Assembly (NCBI RefSeq): GCF_009914755.1 | Contig: NC_060931.1 | Strand: one strand, 5' to 3' | DNA length: 64,000 bases | From: the human T2T-CHM13v2.0 reference genome, Homo sapiens | Shown here: positions 62,560-64,000 of the stretch, piece after piece | Numbering within the stretch: the first letter of the stretch is position 1 | How the letters are laid out: each line of letters starts with the position of its first letter | Translations under genes and position numbers: made by a program | Notes under the pieces: model-generated | Database searches by the model: none | What the model saw: only the letters and a program-made list of their open reading frames with translations | What the model was told of the DNA's origin: nothing

Positions 62560-64000
62560 ACTTTTTTCAAGAGGTAAATTTTTATTTCAGGTAATCTAGT
62601 AAATCTAATAATTTTACCTTACTCTTGGTATCTACTCTTTTGGTCATTTTTATTATTTTTCTCCCTGGATAAGATGTTTTCCAAGACTGCAATGAAGCTG
62701 TCATCCTTGGGTTTCTCTTTGCCTTTTTCTTGAGTTTGATTCTCTCTTTCCTAGAGCTCATGTCTTTCTTTCTTTGGATAGTCCTTTTTTTCTATTTTTG
62801 AAACATGCTCCAACAATTTTATTAGATTCAAAGAATGTATAATCAGAAAACAAAACTCTGTCCTCAGTGTGCTTTCCCACCTGCAAGACGGTTGTTCTTA
62901 ATGCCTGATGTACAGTTGTCATTCTAGGATATCTTAGCAAAATTAATTTGGAGATTCTCTTGTTTGGATCCTTGCTGGATCTCCCATTTTTGGGCCACTT
63001 CCTTCTCTTGACTGATGCTTTCGCTTTGATGCCAGACTGTCTGAGTAGCTTCCTAAGAAATAAGGAAAGGAGGCAAATTTTTTGAGACCTCGTGTTTAAA
63101 CATTCTGAAAATGTTTAATCCACCTGATAAGTATGTTGGCTCAGCATCAATTTCTTGGTCCGAAATTATTTCCTTCAGAATTCTGAAGGCCTTGCTCCAT
63201 TGTCTTCTTGTGTTGTGCTGTTGAAAAGTCTAAAGCTACAGTGAACTCTGTTCTGTTACTCTCTCCAGAAGCTTATAGATTTTCATTTTGACTCTACTGC
63301 TCTGAAATTTTATAATAATATGTGTTGGTCTGTTTTCATCCATTAGGTTGGGTTCTCAGGGTCCATTTCAATCACAACCCCATGCCCTTCAGTTTTAAAT
63401 TATCTGTCAATAATTTTAAGCACAAATTTTCTTTTTCAAAAAAAAACTACAATGTGAATACTGACACTCATGAATTAGTCCTCTTTCTCAAATTTTCTCC
63501 CCTGTTTCTTCATTTCTTTATTTTTTAGCCTAATTTTTGGAAGACTTTCTCAGTTTATCTTCCAGCACTTTAATTAAATTTATTTCTGTTTTTATGTATT
63601 TAACCTCGTGAAGTTTATGTTCTCAGAATGTTTTCTCCCATAGCATCCTATTTTTTTTTGTCATGGTTGCAATGCTTATGCTTCCTCTTATCTCTTTGAA
63701 AAGATCAATGATAGTTTCTGTGTATACATGCACATATTTATGTATGTATCTGTAAAGTTTTCATCTCACTGCATAGTTTCTGTTTTATCATGATATTTAG
63801 TTATCCCAACATCATTTGTTCCTCCATTGAATTACCTTAGTACCTTGGTTGAAAATCAGTTGGCTTTAAATGTACAATCTTATTTCTAATCTCTCTAAGT
63901 TCTATTCTATTAATTTATATGTCTGTCTGTATACTACTAACACACTGTCTTCATTATTGTACCTTTGTAGTAAGTTTTAAATAAGGAAATACATCTTTCA
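62560..64000 (-). mobile_element. Old antisense L1 remnants (ORF1-like, then an ORF2 piece from about 63810)
   Basis: T-rich; CTCCATTGTCTTCT..GTTGAAAAGTCT; TTGAAAATCAGTTGG..CACACTGTCTT..CTTTGTAGTAAGT. Confidence 0.7.

Overview
Primate (human or very close great ape) genomic DNA, AT-rich and repeat-dense. It holds the 5' part of ITPRID1 (CCDC129, KRAP/SSFA2/TESPA1 family of IP3-receptor-interacting proteins) on the + strand. I reconstructed eight coding exons (8726-38902) that join with consistent splice phases into 409 codons plus 1 nt. A probable 74-nt upstream exon lies at 5128-5201. After 38902 the window is the start of one long intron. The rest is mostly Alu, L1, L2, MIR, MaLR/ERV1 LTR and DNA-transposon remnants, whose subfamily names were assigned by eye. 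I found no convincing evidence of a new multi-gene biological system, and nearly all short ORFs in the track are repeat-derived or chance. The best leads are: (i) a (TG)6T4-preceded triple splice acceptor that would place an upstream AUG in each of three reading frames relative to the main start; (ii) a young 5'-inverted (twin-primed) L1 with a fully resolvable junction; (iii) a repeat-poor, motif-dense candidate neural enhancer at about 57.6-58.6 kb; (iv) several small unexplained duplications and palindromes.
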